Part shown: positions 26,356 through 40,611 of the stretch, piece by piece
Numbering within the stretch: position 1 is the stretch's first letter
Layout of the letters: each line of letters starts with the position of its first letter
Source: the human T2T-CHM13v2.0 reference genome, Homo sapiens
Reading direction: 5' to 3' (one strand)
Length of the DNA stretch: 64,000 nt
Assembly: GCF_009914755.1 (NCBI RefSeq)
Contig: NC_060929.1
Program-made: the position numbers and the translations under genes
The notes under the pieces: generated by a model
The model's input: the letters and a program-made list of their open reading frames with translations, nothing else
Database searches by the model: none
What the model was told of the DNA's origin: nothing

Positions 26356-28314
26356 CTGTATATAGATGGCTAAAATGGGAGAGAAATTACATGAAGCCAT
26401 TTTGAAAGAAAAGAAAACAGAAAAATATTCATATGATTCCTAGCCACCTCTTTCAGTCTCTAGAAACATCCTAGGGAAATGACAAAATTCCAAAACAATC
26501 CTATTTTTTTGAAAAACGATTTTGGAAAAGAACAGGAAAGCCTGCTCCTCCCAGTGATGGCACTGCTTTAATTAGCCTGTAAGGGTCCTGTCTGGTCACT
26601 GCAACCCTTTTCTAATAATGCACATGTCTCATTGGCTTCCTTAGGCTAGTGTTTTGTCAGCTCTGTTTCCTGTATCCCATGAATTGTGTTGAGATGCAGC
26701 AGAGAGACTTTGTCAGGAAAAAAGGGGAATGCAATAGGACCTCTGTCCTCTTGCTGCCTTGCATCAACCAGAATCTCTCTTTTAAAAAATTATCTTTTAT
26801 GTAGTGGGCTCCCAAAGAAAACTGAGGGGAAAAAGGATTGGGACTGTCTAAAAAATTTAGAAACTAGCTGCTTTAACTATATAAATAGCATAAATCCAGG
26901 TAATGCATTTTTAACCCAGATGTTGAAGGTCTTAGATAATGGAAGAAGGTACCACTGCTTTTACGTAGATGAAAGTACCTCTGGCACCATAAATTGCGTT
27001 CAGTGTATTAATCTAAAAGCATCACCCCATGTCTGCCAACCCTTTATTAGAAAATAAGATTCTGTTAATCTTGCTTTCCAGAGTATGTACCAACCGATGA
27101 GTTCTGCATTTATTAAGAAGTAAAATAAAGATTGAGACAGGGCACTAGTGATGCCTCTGGGGTTTAATCACTTGGGCTTATCATCAGTCTTATGTGAAAT
27201 TCCACCTTTGAGATCAGAAGTTCAGCATGCAAATAAACCTCTATTGTTCCAACACAGAGACCTCCATACATAAGTAACATTTCAAGGCATTCTCTTTACA
27301 TGTAATCGATAATACAAAAAACACCTGGGCTCGCACTCTTTGATACAAAGGAGAGGTAGAAAGAGGCTACTAGGAAACATTGGTATGACAAGCCTTTAAA
27401 TACATTATGCTTTTAATAGAACTATTCCCCAATACATCAGGAACTAAAGTTATTGTGATCTTGTTAATTTTACAATTCTGTCCTTTTCCATAACCAAAAA
27501 AGGCCTTAAAAGAAAAAGACGAACCTCTAATTCGTCATCTTACTCCCCATCTTCAAAGCAGACTTTCTTTTCTCCCTTGCATTTAGATTCTATTCTTCTG
27601 CTTGAGTAGTAAGTTCAGGGAATTTTCAAAGAGACAAAAGCTACTCAAAAGAATATAAATGTCAAACACATGTAAATTTCTCCTGCTCCATTTTTCCCCA
27701 AGTCAGGAATGTCCTTTGTTGTCTCCTGGTATGTTTCAGCTGGCTGACATCTCTGGTTGAGGAGCAATCATCCGGGCAGCATCCTTACAATGTAATGACA
27801 ATCAGTTACCAAAAATGTGCAGGCACTGATAACAGGATTCAGAAGGGTCAGAAACGAGTGTAAGAAAATAGATATTTTAAACAAGTGCACAGCAGCTGCT
27901 GCCGACCTTAGCTTAAGATTGCATCCAAAACGTTTATTAATTTTCTTCTCTAAAACAAAGGGAAGCCAAATGAAATCCTGATAAAGGGTCATTGTGAAGA
28001 GGGGGAGAACACTTTCCCGTTTAAATGGTATTCCTGTAGTTAAATTAAATTCTTCCAAAAACATCTTTTCTCCCACTTGTTCAGCCAAGAAGAGGGAGGT
28101 GTTAAGGAGGAGGAAAGACATATCTTCAAATTTATACCTTCTTTGAGGACGATTCTACAGTTTTTACACAGTAAAAACTAAACCAGGTACATGTAAAAAA
28201 CAGATACACAAAAATATTCAAGAAACCCATTAAGAACAATACCAAGAATTTATCCCAATTGGATATCCTGTCAAAGCGATAACAAGTATGCGAACATGAA
28301 AGCAGCTGCAGCAG

Positions 28315-28495
28315 CTAAATTTACTGAGTGCCTACTATACTGAGGCACCCTTTTAATTCAAAATGATTCTGCAAGCTAGGTAATACCCTTCATCTTGCAG
28401 GTGAAAAATCAAAGGCTTAAATAAGTTAACTTGTTCATGGTCAAGCATTTAATATGAGGGGTCCAGGATTTAAAAGTAACTTGACTCTATAACCA
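28315..28495 (-). mobile_element. MIR SINE remnant
   Basis: TTTACTGAGTGCCTACTA…CATCTTGCAGGTGAAAAA…AGTTAACTTG…GGTCA MIR core pattern. Confidence 0.6.
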
Positions 28496-29140
28496 GGAAT
28501 AATCTTTGCGCTGTCTACTTAAAAACAAAGAGAAAAGATAAGTTGGGAAACCAGAATGGGGAGGGCTCTAGAGATCTCGTCACATGAAAGAACTTTAGCC
28601 ATGTAATCTAGAGAAGAAGCTTGGCAGGCTTTATAGAAGCTGTGGGAAAATATCTGAAAGGCCACCATATGGGTGAGGAGAGACTTCCTTTTAATACATG
28701 TTTCATTAAAAACAAACAATAATTTGTAGATTGTACTTCTAGCTGTCACAGAGAAGTTTCATTCACAGTAAACTCCCCACTGAAAACAACTATAAAATCT
28801 AGGAAAAATTAACATTATAAAAAAAAACTGTTTACATTAATCAGAGAATAACTAAAGCAGCCGGGATTCAATAGATCAAGATCCTGGAGAGAAGGAAAAT
28901 GTATTGAGAAAATCTCTATATTCATTATTTTTTTCCCTCCATAATGCTCTTGCCAATTTTTAGGGAAAAGCATAGAGGCAGATCAGAAATTAGCAATCAA
29001 GAGATTCTGGCAACCTCACTGAATTGGAAAAATCAAAATAAATGAGCTCAGGGCTACCCAGGAAGCTGGGATTAAACAGAAAATAAAAACATTTCTAGAT
29101 AAACGTCCCTAAAAGTGTGATAATTTGTCATTAGTAGAGT

Positions 29141-29689
29141 TGTTACAGTAAAGGGGTCTCGATCCAGAACCCATGAGAGGGTTCTTGGATCTTGCACAAG
29201 AAAGAATTCAGGGTGAATCCATAAAGTGAAAGCAAGTTTATTAGAAAAGTAAAAGCATAAAAGAATGGCTACTCCACAGACAAAGCAGCCCTGAGGGCTG
29301 CTGGTTGCCCATTTTTATGGTTATTTCTTGAAGATATGCTAAACAAGAGGTAGATTATTCAGGATTCCCCTTTTCAGACCATATAGGATAACTTCCTGAT
29401 GTTGCCATTTCATTTGTAAACTGTCATAGTGCTGGTGGGAGTGTAGCAGTGAGGATGACCAGAGGTTGCTCTCGAGGCCATCTTGGTTTTGGTGGATTTT
29501 AGCTGGCTTCTTTACAGCAAGCTGTTTTGTCAGCAAGGTCTTTACGGCCTGTATTTTGTGCCAATCTCCTATCTCATCCTGCGACTTAGAATACCTTAAC
29601 CATCTGGGAATGCAGCCCAGTAGGTCTCAGCCTCATTTTACCCAGCCCCTATCTAAGATGGAGCTGCTCTGGCTTACACACCTCTGACA
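29141..29689 (-). mobile_element. MER41 solo LTR (MER41A-like, lacking the tandem GAS segment)
   Basis: Reverse strand starts TGTCAGAGGTGTGTAAGCCAGAGCAGCTCCATCTTAGATAGG, ends …CCCTTTACTGTAACA. Confidence 0.88.
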
Positions 29690-30884
29690 AAGTGACATTA
29701 GAAAACTACTAAAGGAGGTTCTTTCAGCAGAAGGAAAACGATTCCTGGTAGAAGAACACTTGCAGAAAATAAGAGTAAATACATGGATAAATTTAAATAA
29801 ATGACTACTATAAGTCATCTTGTGCAAATAAATTATACACACACAAATACAGTATATTTTATATATAATTTAAACATATGACAATAACACAAAAAATGGG
29901 AGAATGGTAAATACAGTTAAAGTTTTTAAGGTTTGATTTATCCTAGAAATAGTAAAATTAAAATTTGAAGTAGTCTAGGTCAAAAATTTATCTTGTTTAG
30001 GATAGAACTAAAATATAATTTTAAAATGTATAGTTGTAAAATAAAACTTTAAAAAGAGAAGATGCTGATCACACCCAAGGCAGGAGGATTGCTTGAGCCC
30101 AGGAGTTTGAGACCAGCCCAGGCAACATGATGAGACTCTGTCTCTGCAAAAAAAAAAAAAAAAAATTAACCAAGCATGGTGGTACATGCTAGTGGTCCCA
30201 GCTACTGAGGAGGCTGAAGTGGGAGGATTACTTGAACCCAGGGGATTGAGGCTGCAGTAAGCCATATCTTGCCACTGTCATCCAGCCTGGGCAACAAGCA
30301 AGACTCTTAAAAAAAAAGAGAGAGAAGACAATAGAGGAAAAAGACTAATATTAAAATATTTGATTAAAAGACTAAAAGAGCAGAAAAAATTATAACAGCT
30401 GGGACACATAGAAAGCACAGTAAGATAACAGATTTAAACCCCAATATATCAACAATTACATTAAACATAAATGGACATTAAATATCTTTTAAAAACACAA
30501 ACATGGCCATATTGGTAAATAACAAAAAAAAATAACTATACCAAATGTTGTTTGCAGGAGACATATCTAATAAATAAGAACCAGAGGGGGCAAAAAAGAA
30601 GATCCTTGCAAATACAAATCAAAAGAAAGCTGCCATAGGTATACTAATATGAAACCAAGAAGATTTCAAGATGAGAAGTATTATTACCAATAAAAAGGCA
30701 GAGCTTGTAACAAAAAAAGGCTAATTTTGGTAGAACATAACTGTGTATACCCCTAATAACATAGGCTCAAGATATATAAATCACTAACTGATCAAACTAA
30801 AAGGAAAAACAAAAATATACATTTATAGGGTTGAGAACAGCTCCCATCTCAGTAACTGATAGAACAAAAAGAAAAATAAAAAGA
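29690..30884 (+). mobile_element. Old L1M remnant (host of MER41, Alu and L1PA insertions)
   Basis: A-rich degenerate ORF2-endonuclease motifs; resumes after 37843. Confidence 0.6.
30066..30317 (+). mobile_element. Alu (AluJ-like, 5' deleted)
   Basis: GGCAGGAGGATTGCTTGAGCCCAGGAGTTTGAGACC…CCTGGGCAAC, A-tail. Confidence 0.88.
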
Positions 30885-32743
30885 GAAGACAGCAGAATAG
30901 GAATAGCTCCGGTCTGCAGCTCCCAGCGTGATTGACACAGAAGACAGGTGACTTCTGCATTTCCAACTGAAGTACCTGGTTCATCTCATTGGGACTGGTT
31001 GGACAGTGGGTGCAGCCCACAGAGGGCGAGCCAAAGCAGGGTGGGGCGTCACCTCACCCAGGAAGCACAAGGGGTTGGGGGATTTCCCTTTCCTAGCAAA
31101 GGGAAGCCATGACAGACTACCTGGAAAAACAGGATATTCCCGCTCAAATACTGTGCTGTTCCCAAGGTCTTAGCAACCGACAGACAAAGTGATTCTCTCT
31201 AGTGCCTGGCTAGGCAGCTCCCATACCCACAGGGCCTTGCTCACTGCTAGCGCAGCAGTCTGAGATCAATCTGCAAGATGGCAGCCTGGCTAGGGGAGGG
31301 GCCTCCACCGCTACTGAGACTTGAGTAGGTAAATAAAGCAGCCAGGAAGCTCGAACTGGGCAGAGCCCACCGCAGCTCAACAAGGCCTACTGCCTCTAGA
31401 CTCCACCTCTGTGGGCAAGGCATAGCTGAACAAAAGGCAGCAAACAACTTCTGCAGACTTAAACTTCCCTGTCTGGCAGCTCTGAAGAGAGCAGTGGTTC
31501 TCCCAGCATGGCGTTTGAGCTCTGAGAACAGACAGACTGCCTCCTCAAATGGATCCCTGAACCCTGTGTAGCCTAACTGGGAGACAACTCCCAGTAGGGG
31601 CCGACAGACACCTCATATAGGTGGCTGCCCCTCTGGGGCGAAGCTTCCAGAAGAAGGATCAGGCAGCAATATTTGCTGTTCTGAAATATTTGCTGTTCTG
31701 CAGCATCTGCTGGTGATACCCAGGCAAACAGGGTCTGGAATGGAACTCCAGCAAACTCCAACAGACCAGTAGCTGAGGGACCTGACTGTTAGAAGGAAAA
31801 CTAACAAACAGAAAGGAATAGCATCAACATCAACAAAAAGGTCATCTACACCAAAACTCCATCTGTAGGTCACCAACATCAAAGACCAAAGGTAGATAAA
31901 ACCACAAAGATGGGGAGAAACCAGAGAGGAAAAGCTGAAAATTCTAAAAAACCAGAGTACCTCTTCTCCTTCAAAAGATTGCAGCTCCTCGCCAGCAACG
32001 GAACAAAGCTGGATGGAGAATGACTTTGATGAGCTGACACAAGTAGACTTCAGAAGGTTGGTAATAACAAACTTCTCCGAGCTAAATGAGGATGTTCAAA
32101 CCCATCGTGGGGAAGCTAAAAACCTTAAAAAAAGATTAGATGAAAGGCTAACTAGAATAAACAGCGTAAAGACCTTAAATGACCTGATGGAGCTGAAAAA
32201 CACAGCACGAGAACTTCATGACGCATGCACAAGATTCAATAGCCGATTCGATCAAGTAGAAGAAAGGGTATCAGTGATTGAAGATCAAATTAATGAAATA
32301 CAGCAAGAAAACAAGGTAAGAGAAAAAAGAATAAAAAGAAATGAACAAAGCCTCCAAGAAATATGGGACTATGTGAAAAGACCAAACCTACATTTGATTG
32401 GTGTACCTGAAAGTGATGGGAGAATGGAACCAAGTTTGAAAACACTCTTCAGGATACTGTCCAGGAGAACATCCCCAGCATCACAAGGCAGGCCAACATT
32501 CAAATTCAGGAAATACAGAGAACACCACAAAGATACTCCTTAAGAAGAGCAACCCCAAGACACATAATCGTCAGATTCACCAAGGTTGAAATGAAGAAAA
32601 AAGTGTTAAGGCAGCCAGAGAGAAAGGTCGAGTTACCCACAAACGGAAGCCCATCAGACTAACAGCAGATCTCTCAGCAGAAACCCCACAAGCCAGAAGA
32701 CAGTGGGGGCCAATATTCAACATCCTTAAAGAAAAGAATTTTT

Positions 32744-33033
32744 GCCAGGCGCGGTGGCTTACGCCTGTAATCCCAGCAATTTGGGAGGCCAAGGTGAGCG
32801 GATCATGAGGTCAGGAGATCGAGACCATCCTGGCTAACACGGTGAAACCCTGTCTCTACTAAAAATACAAAAAGAAAATTAGCCGGGCATGGTGGCGGGC
32901 ACCTGTAGTCCAAGCTACTTGGGAGGCTGAGGCAGGAGAATGGCGTGAATCCAGGAGGTGGAGCTTTCAGTGAGCTGAGATTGCACCACTACACTGCAGC
33001 CTGGGAGACAGAGCGAGACTCCGTCTCAAAAAA
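32744..33033 (+). mobile_element. AluY-like insertion in L1 ORF1
   Basis: GAGATCGAGACCATCCTGGCTAACACGGTG and GAATGGCGTGAA diagnostics; TSD AAAGAAAAGAATTTT. Confidence 0.95.
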
Positions 33034-34106
33034 AGAAAAGAATTTTCAACCCAGAATTTCATATCCAGACAAACTAAGCTTCATAAGTGAAGGAAAAATA
33101 AAATCCTTTACAGACAAGCAAATGCTGAGAGATTTTGTCACCACCAGGCCTGCCTTACAAGAGCTCCTGAAGGAAGCACTAAACATGGAAAGAAACAACC
33201 CATACCAGCCACTGCAAAAACATGGCAAATTGTAAAGACCATCGATGCTATGAAGAAACTGCATCAATTAATGGGCAAAATAACCAGCGAACATCATAAT
33301 GACAGGATCAAATTCACACATAACAATATTAACCTTAAATGTAAATGGGCTAAATGCCCCAATTAAAAGACACAGACTGGCAAATTGGAGAAAGAGTCAA
33401 GACCCATCTGTGTGCTGTATTCAGGAGACCCATCTCACGTGCAGAGACACACGTAGGCTCAAAATAAAGGGATGGAGGAAGATCCACCAAGCAAATGGAA
33501 AGCAAAAAAAGCAGGGGTTGCAATCCTAGTCTCTGATAAAACAGACTTTAAACCACCAAAGATCAAGAGACAAACAAGGCCATTACATAATGGTAAAGTG
33601 ATCAAGTCAACAAGAAGAGCTAACTATCCTAAATATATATGCACCCAATACAGGAGCACCCAGATTCATAAAGCAAGTCCTTAGAGACCTACAAAGGGAC
33701 TTAGACTCCCACACAATAATTATAGGAGACTTTAACACCCCACTGTCAATATTAGACAGATCAAGGAGACAGAAGGTTAACAAGGATACACAGGACCTGA
33801 ACTCAGCTCTGCAACAAGCAGACCTAATAGAAATCTACAGAACTCTCCACCCCAAATCAACAGAATATACACTCTTCTCAGCACCACATCACACTTATTC
33901 TAAAATTGACCACATAATTGGAAGTAAAGCACTCCTCAGCAAATGTAAAATAATAGAAATCACAACAAACTGTCTCTCAGACCACAGTGCAATCAAATTA
34001 GAACTCAGGATTAAGAAATTCACTCAAAACGGTACAACTACATGGAAACTGAACACCTTGTTCCTGAATGACTACTGGGTAAATAACGAAATGAAGGCAG
34101 AAATAA

Positions 34107-34376
<270 letters not shown>

Positions 34377-34782
34377 TGAATCTAGGAGCTGTTTTTTTGA
34401 AAAGATCAATGAAATTGATAGACTGTTAGCAAGACTAATAAAGAAGAAAAGAGAGAAGAATAGATGCAATAAATGATAAAGGGGTATCACCACCAATCCC
34501 ACAGAAATACAAACTACCATCAGAGAATTCTATAAATGCTTCTATGCAAATAAACTAGAAAATCTAGAAGAAATGAATAAATTCCTGGACACATACACCT
34601 TCCCAAGACTAAACCAGGAAGAAGTTGAATCTCTGAATAGACCAATAACAGGCTCTGAAACTGAGGCAACAATTAATAGCCTACCAACCAAAAAAACTCC
34701 AGGACCAGATGGATTCACAGCCAAATTCTACCAGAGGTACAAAGAGGAACTGGTACCATTCCTTCTGAAACTATTCCAGTGA

Positions 34783-34881
<99 letters not shown>

Positions 34882-35143
34882 TGAATATCCCTGATGAACA
34901 TGGATGTGGAAATCCTCAATAAAATACTGGCAAACCAAATCCAGCAGCACATCAAAAAGCTTATCCACCATGATCAAGTGGGCTTCATCCCTGGGATGCA
35001 GGGCTGGTTCAACATACCCAAATCAATAAATATAATCCATCACATAAAAAGAACCAATGACAAAAACCAAATGATTATCTCAATAGATGCAGGAAAGGCA
35101 TTCAACAAAATTCAACAGTACTTCATGCTAGAAACTCTCAATA

Positions 35144-35441
<298 letters not shown>

Positions 35442-37188
35442 TCAATAAACTAGGTATTGATGGAATGTATCTCAAAATAATAAGAGTTATTTTTTACAAA
35501 CTCACAGCCAATATCATACTGAATGGGCAAAAACTGGAAGCATTCCCTTTGAAAACTGGCACAAAATTGGGATGCCCTCTCTCACCACTCCTATTCAACA
35601 TAGTGCTGGAAGTTCTGGCCAAGGCAATCAGGCAGGAGAAAGAAATAAAGGGTATTCAATTAGGAAAAGAGGAAGTCAAATTGTCCCTGTTTGCAGATGA
35701 CATGATTGTATACTTAGAAAACCCCATCGTCTCAGCCCAAAATCCCCCTAAGCTGATAAGCAACTTCAGCAAAGTCTCAGGATACAAAATCAATGTGCAA
35801 AAATCACAAGCATTCCTATACACCATTAACAGACAAACAGAGAGCCAAACCGTGAGTGAACTCCCATTCACAATTGCTCCAAAGAGAATAAAATACCTAA
35901 GAAAGCAACTTACAAGGGATGTGAAGGACCTCTTCAAGGAGAACTACAAACCACTGCTCAATGAAATAAAATAGGACACAAACAAACGGAAGAATATTCC
36001 ATGCTCATGGATAGGAAGAAGCAATATCATGAAAATGTCCATAGTACCTAACGTAATTTATAGATTCAATGCCATCCCCATTAAGCTACCAATGACTTTC
36101 TTCACAGAATTGGAAAAAACTACTTTAAAGTTCATAGGGAACTAAAATAGAGCCCGCATTGCCAAGACAATCCTAAGCAAAAAGAACAAAGCTGGAGGCA
36201 TTATGCTACCCGACTTCAAACTATACTTCAAGGCTACAGTAGCCAAAACAGCATGGTACTGGTACCAAAACAGAGAGATAGACCAATGTAACAGAATAGA
36301 GGCCACGGAAATAACACCACACATCTACAACCATCTGATCTTTGACAAACCTGACAAAAACAAGAAATGGGGAAAGGATTCCCTATTTTATTAATGGTGC
36401 TGGGAAAACTGGCTAGCTATAGTAGAAAGCTGAAACTGGATCCCTTCCTTACACCTTATACAAAAATTAATTCAAGATGGATTAAAGACTTAAATGTTAG
36501 ACCTAAAACCATAAAAACCCTAGAAGAAAACCTAGGCATTACCATTCAGCACATAGGCTTGGGCAAGGACTTCATGACTGAAACACCAAAAGCAATGGCA
36601 ACAAAAGCCAAAATAGACAAATGCGATCTAATTAAACTAAGAGCTTCTGCACAGCAAAAGAAACTACCATCAGAGTGAACAGGCAACCTACAGAATGGGA
36701 GAAAATGTTTGCAATCTACCCATCTGACAAAGGGCTAATATCCAGAATCTACAAAGAAGTCAAACAAATTTACAAGAAAAAAACAAACAACCCCATCAAA
36801 AAGTGGGCAAAGGATATGAACAGACATTTTTCAAAAGAAGACATTTATACAGCCAGGAGACACATGAAAAAATGCTCATCATCACTGGTCATCAGAGAAA
36901 TGCAAATCAAAACCACAATGAGATACTATCTCACCCCCGTTAGAATGGCAATCATTAAAAAGTCAGGAAACAACAGATGCTGGAGAGGACATGGAGAAAT
37001 AGGAACCCTTTTACACTGTTGGTGGGAGTGTAAATTTGTTCAACCATTGTGGAAGACAGTGTGGTGATTCCTCAAAGATCCAGAACTAGAAATACCATTT
37101 GACCCAGGAATCCCATTACTGGGTATCTACCCAAAGGATTATAAATCATGCTACTATAAAGACACATGCACATGTGTGTTTATTGCAA

Positions 37189-37361
37189 CTTAAAACCTAG
37201 ATGACAGGTTGATAGGCACAGCAAACCACCATGGCACATGTATACCTATGTAACAAAACCTGCACATTCTGCACATGTATCCCAGAACTTAAAGTATAAT
37301 TGTTTAAAAAATTATATATATATATATTTAAAAGTTAAAAAATAAAATAGAAGACAGTATT
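37189..37361 (+). repeat. Inserted copy of 39486-39662 within the L1 3' region
   Basis: Shares L1 terminus, (TA)n tail, TTTAAAAGTTAAAAAA and flanking AGAAGACAGTATT with 39486-39662. Confidence 0.92.
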
Positions 37362-39146
37362 AGCAATAGCAAAGAAAATAGCAAAAAAAAAAACAAACAA
37401 AAACCCAAATGTCCATCAATGATAGAGTGGATTAAGAAAATGTGGCACATATACACTGTGGAATACTATGCAGCCACATAAAAGGATGAGTTCATGTCCT
37501 TTGCAGGGACATGGATGAAGCTGGAAACCATCATTCTCAGCAAATTATACAAGGACAGAAAACCAAAGGCTGCATGTTCTCACTCATCGGTGGGAACTGA
37601 ACAATGAGATCACTTGGACACAGGGTGGGGAACATCACATACTGGGGCCTGTCGGGGGTTAGGGGGCTAGGGGAGGGATAACATTAGGAGAAACACCTAA
37701 TGTAAATGAGTTTATGGGTGCAGCAAACCAACCTGGCACATGTATACCTATGTATCAAACCTGCACAGTGTGCACATGTACCCTAGAACCTAAAGTATAA
37801 TAATAAAAAAAATTTAATAAAGAAAAAAAGAAAAATAAAAAGATGTATTTTTGAACAATCCAATTAACCAATTTGCCCTAACTGGTATGTATATAGAACA
37901 CTATACCAAACAGCTGCAGAACACACATTCTTTTCAAATGCACATGATACATTTACCAAAATGGGCCATGAAGCCAGAATCAGTACTCTGACCATAGTGG
38001 AACTAAGTTAGAAATCAGTAACCAAGAGATAAACAGAAAATCACCAAATGTTTATAAATTAAGGAATTGTTTTCTAAATTACCCTGAAGTCAGAGAAGAA
38101 ATAACAGAGCAAATTAGAAAATATTTTGAACTGAGTATAGCTATCAGAATTTGTGCAATGTAGATAAAATAGTGCTGACAGAGAAATTTATAAAATCAAA
38201 CACACACTTTGGAAAAAAACTGAAAAAATTATTTAATAATCTCCTAAAAAGCTAAAAAAGTACAATAAATTAAATGCGAAAAAGTAGAAGGAAATGTTAA
38301 AGAGGAAAAAAATAAAAAACATACAATTTAAAAATTGGTATTTTTGGAGATTAATAAAACAGATAAACACCTATCAAGATTCATTAAAAGAAATGTGAGA
38401 AAACTATACTTAAAATTTTCAGAAATTAAAAAGGGACATCATTAGAGATCTTAAAATATTTAAAAGTTAAGAACTTCCAGCCTTCAGATAATATGTAGAA
38501 GGTCTTGATGGACCATTTCTCCCACTAGATAAACCACAAAAATTACTGGATCAGCTTGCCCATCTCCCCCATATTTAAGAGATTGGAGGGTTGCAGATCA
38601 AAAATGATCCAAAATTCAATTACAGGGGAGGATAAGGTATTTCTAGCTGAGCAGGTATCAGTGGCGAAATTCTCTTCTGCTGAATTTCCACAGGGGCTGG
38701 TGGAAGACTGGGCTTATCACAGTCTCTGGAACTCTGCTATGATACAGGAAAGCCTGCAGACCTTGTGGGCTAGTATAAATGGATTGAAGTCTGTAGGAGT
38801 TTCAAATGCAAAGAACTTGTTCTTCTTACCTGCTGAGTTTTCCCCCATGAAACTTTTGGTGAGTGTGTGGAAATGGTATGAAAATGGAACTGGAAAAGCA
38901 GAGAGAGAGAACTCTGTAGTCTTCTGGTGATTAGATCCCAAGGTCCTACTAGAGAGAGTAGTTTATAATATATACAGTACAGACCCAGTTAGCCCTAAAT
39001 ACATGTGAAAACACAGGTGAAATAAAGCTTACTAAAGCTGTATCCCAGCCACAAATCAGCTCAAATTCTTTCTGGATTATAAAGATTGACCCATTTCCCT
39101 AACTTACAGACAAAAGAACACACCCTCCCTTTTAGAAGATAGTATT

Positions 39147-39250
39147 GTGCTCACTTTGGCAGCACATATACTAAAATTTGAACAAGACACAGAAGATTAC
39201 CATGGCCCCTGCACAAGGATGACACAAACTCATGAAGCCTTTCATATTTT
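39147..39250 (+). pseudogene. Full-length U6 snRNA retrocopy (5' part of U6/L1 chimera)
   Basis: GTGCTCACTTTGGCAGCACATATACTAAAATT…CATGGCCCCTGCACAAGGATGACAC…CATATTTT aligns end to end with U6; ACAGAGA box mutated (ACACAGA). Confidence 0.96.
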
Positions 39251-39649
39251 AAAAATAGAGTTCATGTCCTTTGCAGGGACATGGATGAAGCTGGAAGCCA
39301 TCATTCTCAGCAAACTAACACAGGAACAGAAAACCAAACACCGCATGTTCTCACTCATAAGTGGGAGTTGAACAATGAGAACACATGGACACAGAGATGG
39401 GAACATCATAGACCAGGGCCTATCGCCAGGGGGTTGGAGGCAAGGGGAGGGAGAGCATTAGGACAAATACCTAATGCGTGCAGGGCTTAAAACCTAGATG
39501 ACGGGTTCATAGGCACAGCAAACTACCATGGCACATGTATACCTATGTAACAAACCTGTACATTCTACACATGTATCCCAGAACTTAAAGTATAATTTTT
39601 TAAAAAATTATATATATATATATATTTAAAAGTTAAAAAAGAATAAGAT
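39251..39649 (+). mobile_element. L1PA 3' end fused to U6
   Basis: L1 3' region from GAGTTCATGTCCTTTGCAGGG to GAACTTAAAGTATAA; TSD AGAAGA(T/C)AGTATT at 39134-39146 and 39650-39662 encloses U6+L1. Confidence 0.95.
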
Positions 39650-40200
39650 AGAAGACAGTATTTATACCAAGGGCTGTAGGGTTTTATTTTTAATTATACA
39701 ATTTCTGGCAGGCAATAAACAGCTATGAAATAAGTGAAGAAGCGGGATGTACTCCTAATTAAAAGGAAAAAAAACTGAACAGTAGCAGATCCACTAATGG
39801 TTCAAATATCGGAATAAGCAAAGACTTTAAAATAACTATTGAAATATATTAAAGAAATTTGAGGATAAGATTGACAAAATGGATAAAAAGAATGACAATT
39901 TCAAAAGATAAAACTGCTAAAATAGAACAAAGTGAAAATTCCAGAACTGAAAAAAAAAATCTACTGTGCATGAAATTAAAAATGTATTTATAGAGCTAAA
40001 GCAGAATGGACACAGCAGAGAAAACAGCATCAGTCATTTTATCCAGGTCATCACAAACTGGTTGAAAATCAAAAATATAGGAAAAATTTTAAGATGCACA
40101 CATAAAATAAATTATTAAATGTCGACATAGAAAATAGATTATATTTAGCAGAACAACAATGAAAATCATGGCTGACTTTCATCAGAAAACAATGGGTGAC

Positions 40201-40333
40201 AGCTGGGTATAATGGTGTGCACCTGTAGTTCCAGCTACCTGGGAGGCTGAGGCAGGAGAATTGCTTGAGCTGAAGAATTCACGTCCAGTCTGAGCAACAT
40301 AGCAAGATCCTGTCTCAAAAAAAAAAAAAAAAA
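40201..40333 (+). mobile_element. FLAM/Alu monomer
   Basis: Single Alu arm with poly-A; TSD-like GAAAACAATG/GAAACAATAG. Confidence 0.85.
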
Positions 40334-40611
40334 AGAGAGAAACAATAGAAGACAAAAGACAATGGAATTGACATCTTCAAAGTGCTGAAAGAAAGAAAAA
40401 CAGAATTCTATAAATGAAGTGCATATAGAGATGTTTAAAAAAACAAAAGGTGAGAAAATATGTCACCAGCTTTTGAAGCTAAAAGAAAATAACTCAAGAT
40501 GAAAGCAAAGATCTGCAGGAAGGAATGAACAATGTCAAAAAAGGTCAAATATGTGCATAAACATAAAAGAATACTTTAAATTTTCAAAATTATTGACTAT
40601 TAGAAACCACA

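Noticed and set aside
29141-29689. MER41 as interferon-inducible STAT1 enhancer
   Set aside because: The segment that carries tandem TTCnnnGAA sites in MER41B is absent (GATTATTCAGGATTCCCCTTTT is contiguous), so it looks MER41A-like.
31668-31701. 17-bp tandem duplication AATATTTGCTGTTCTG in the L1 5'UTR
   Set aside because: Ordinary slippage micro-duplication.
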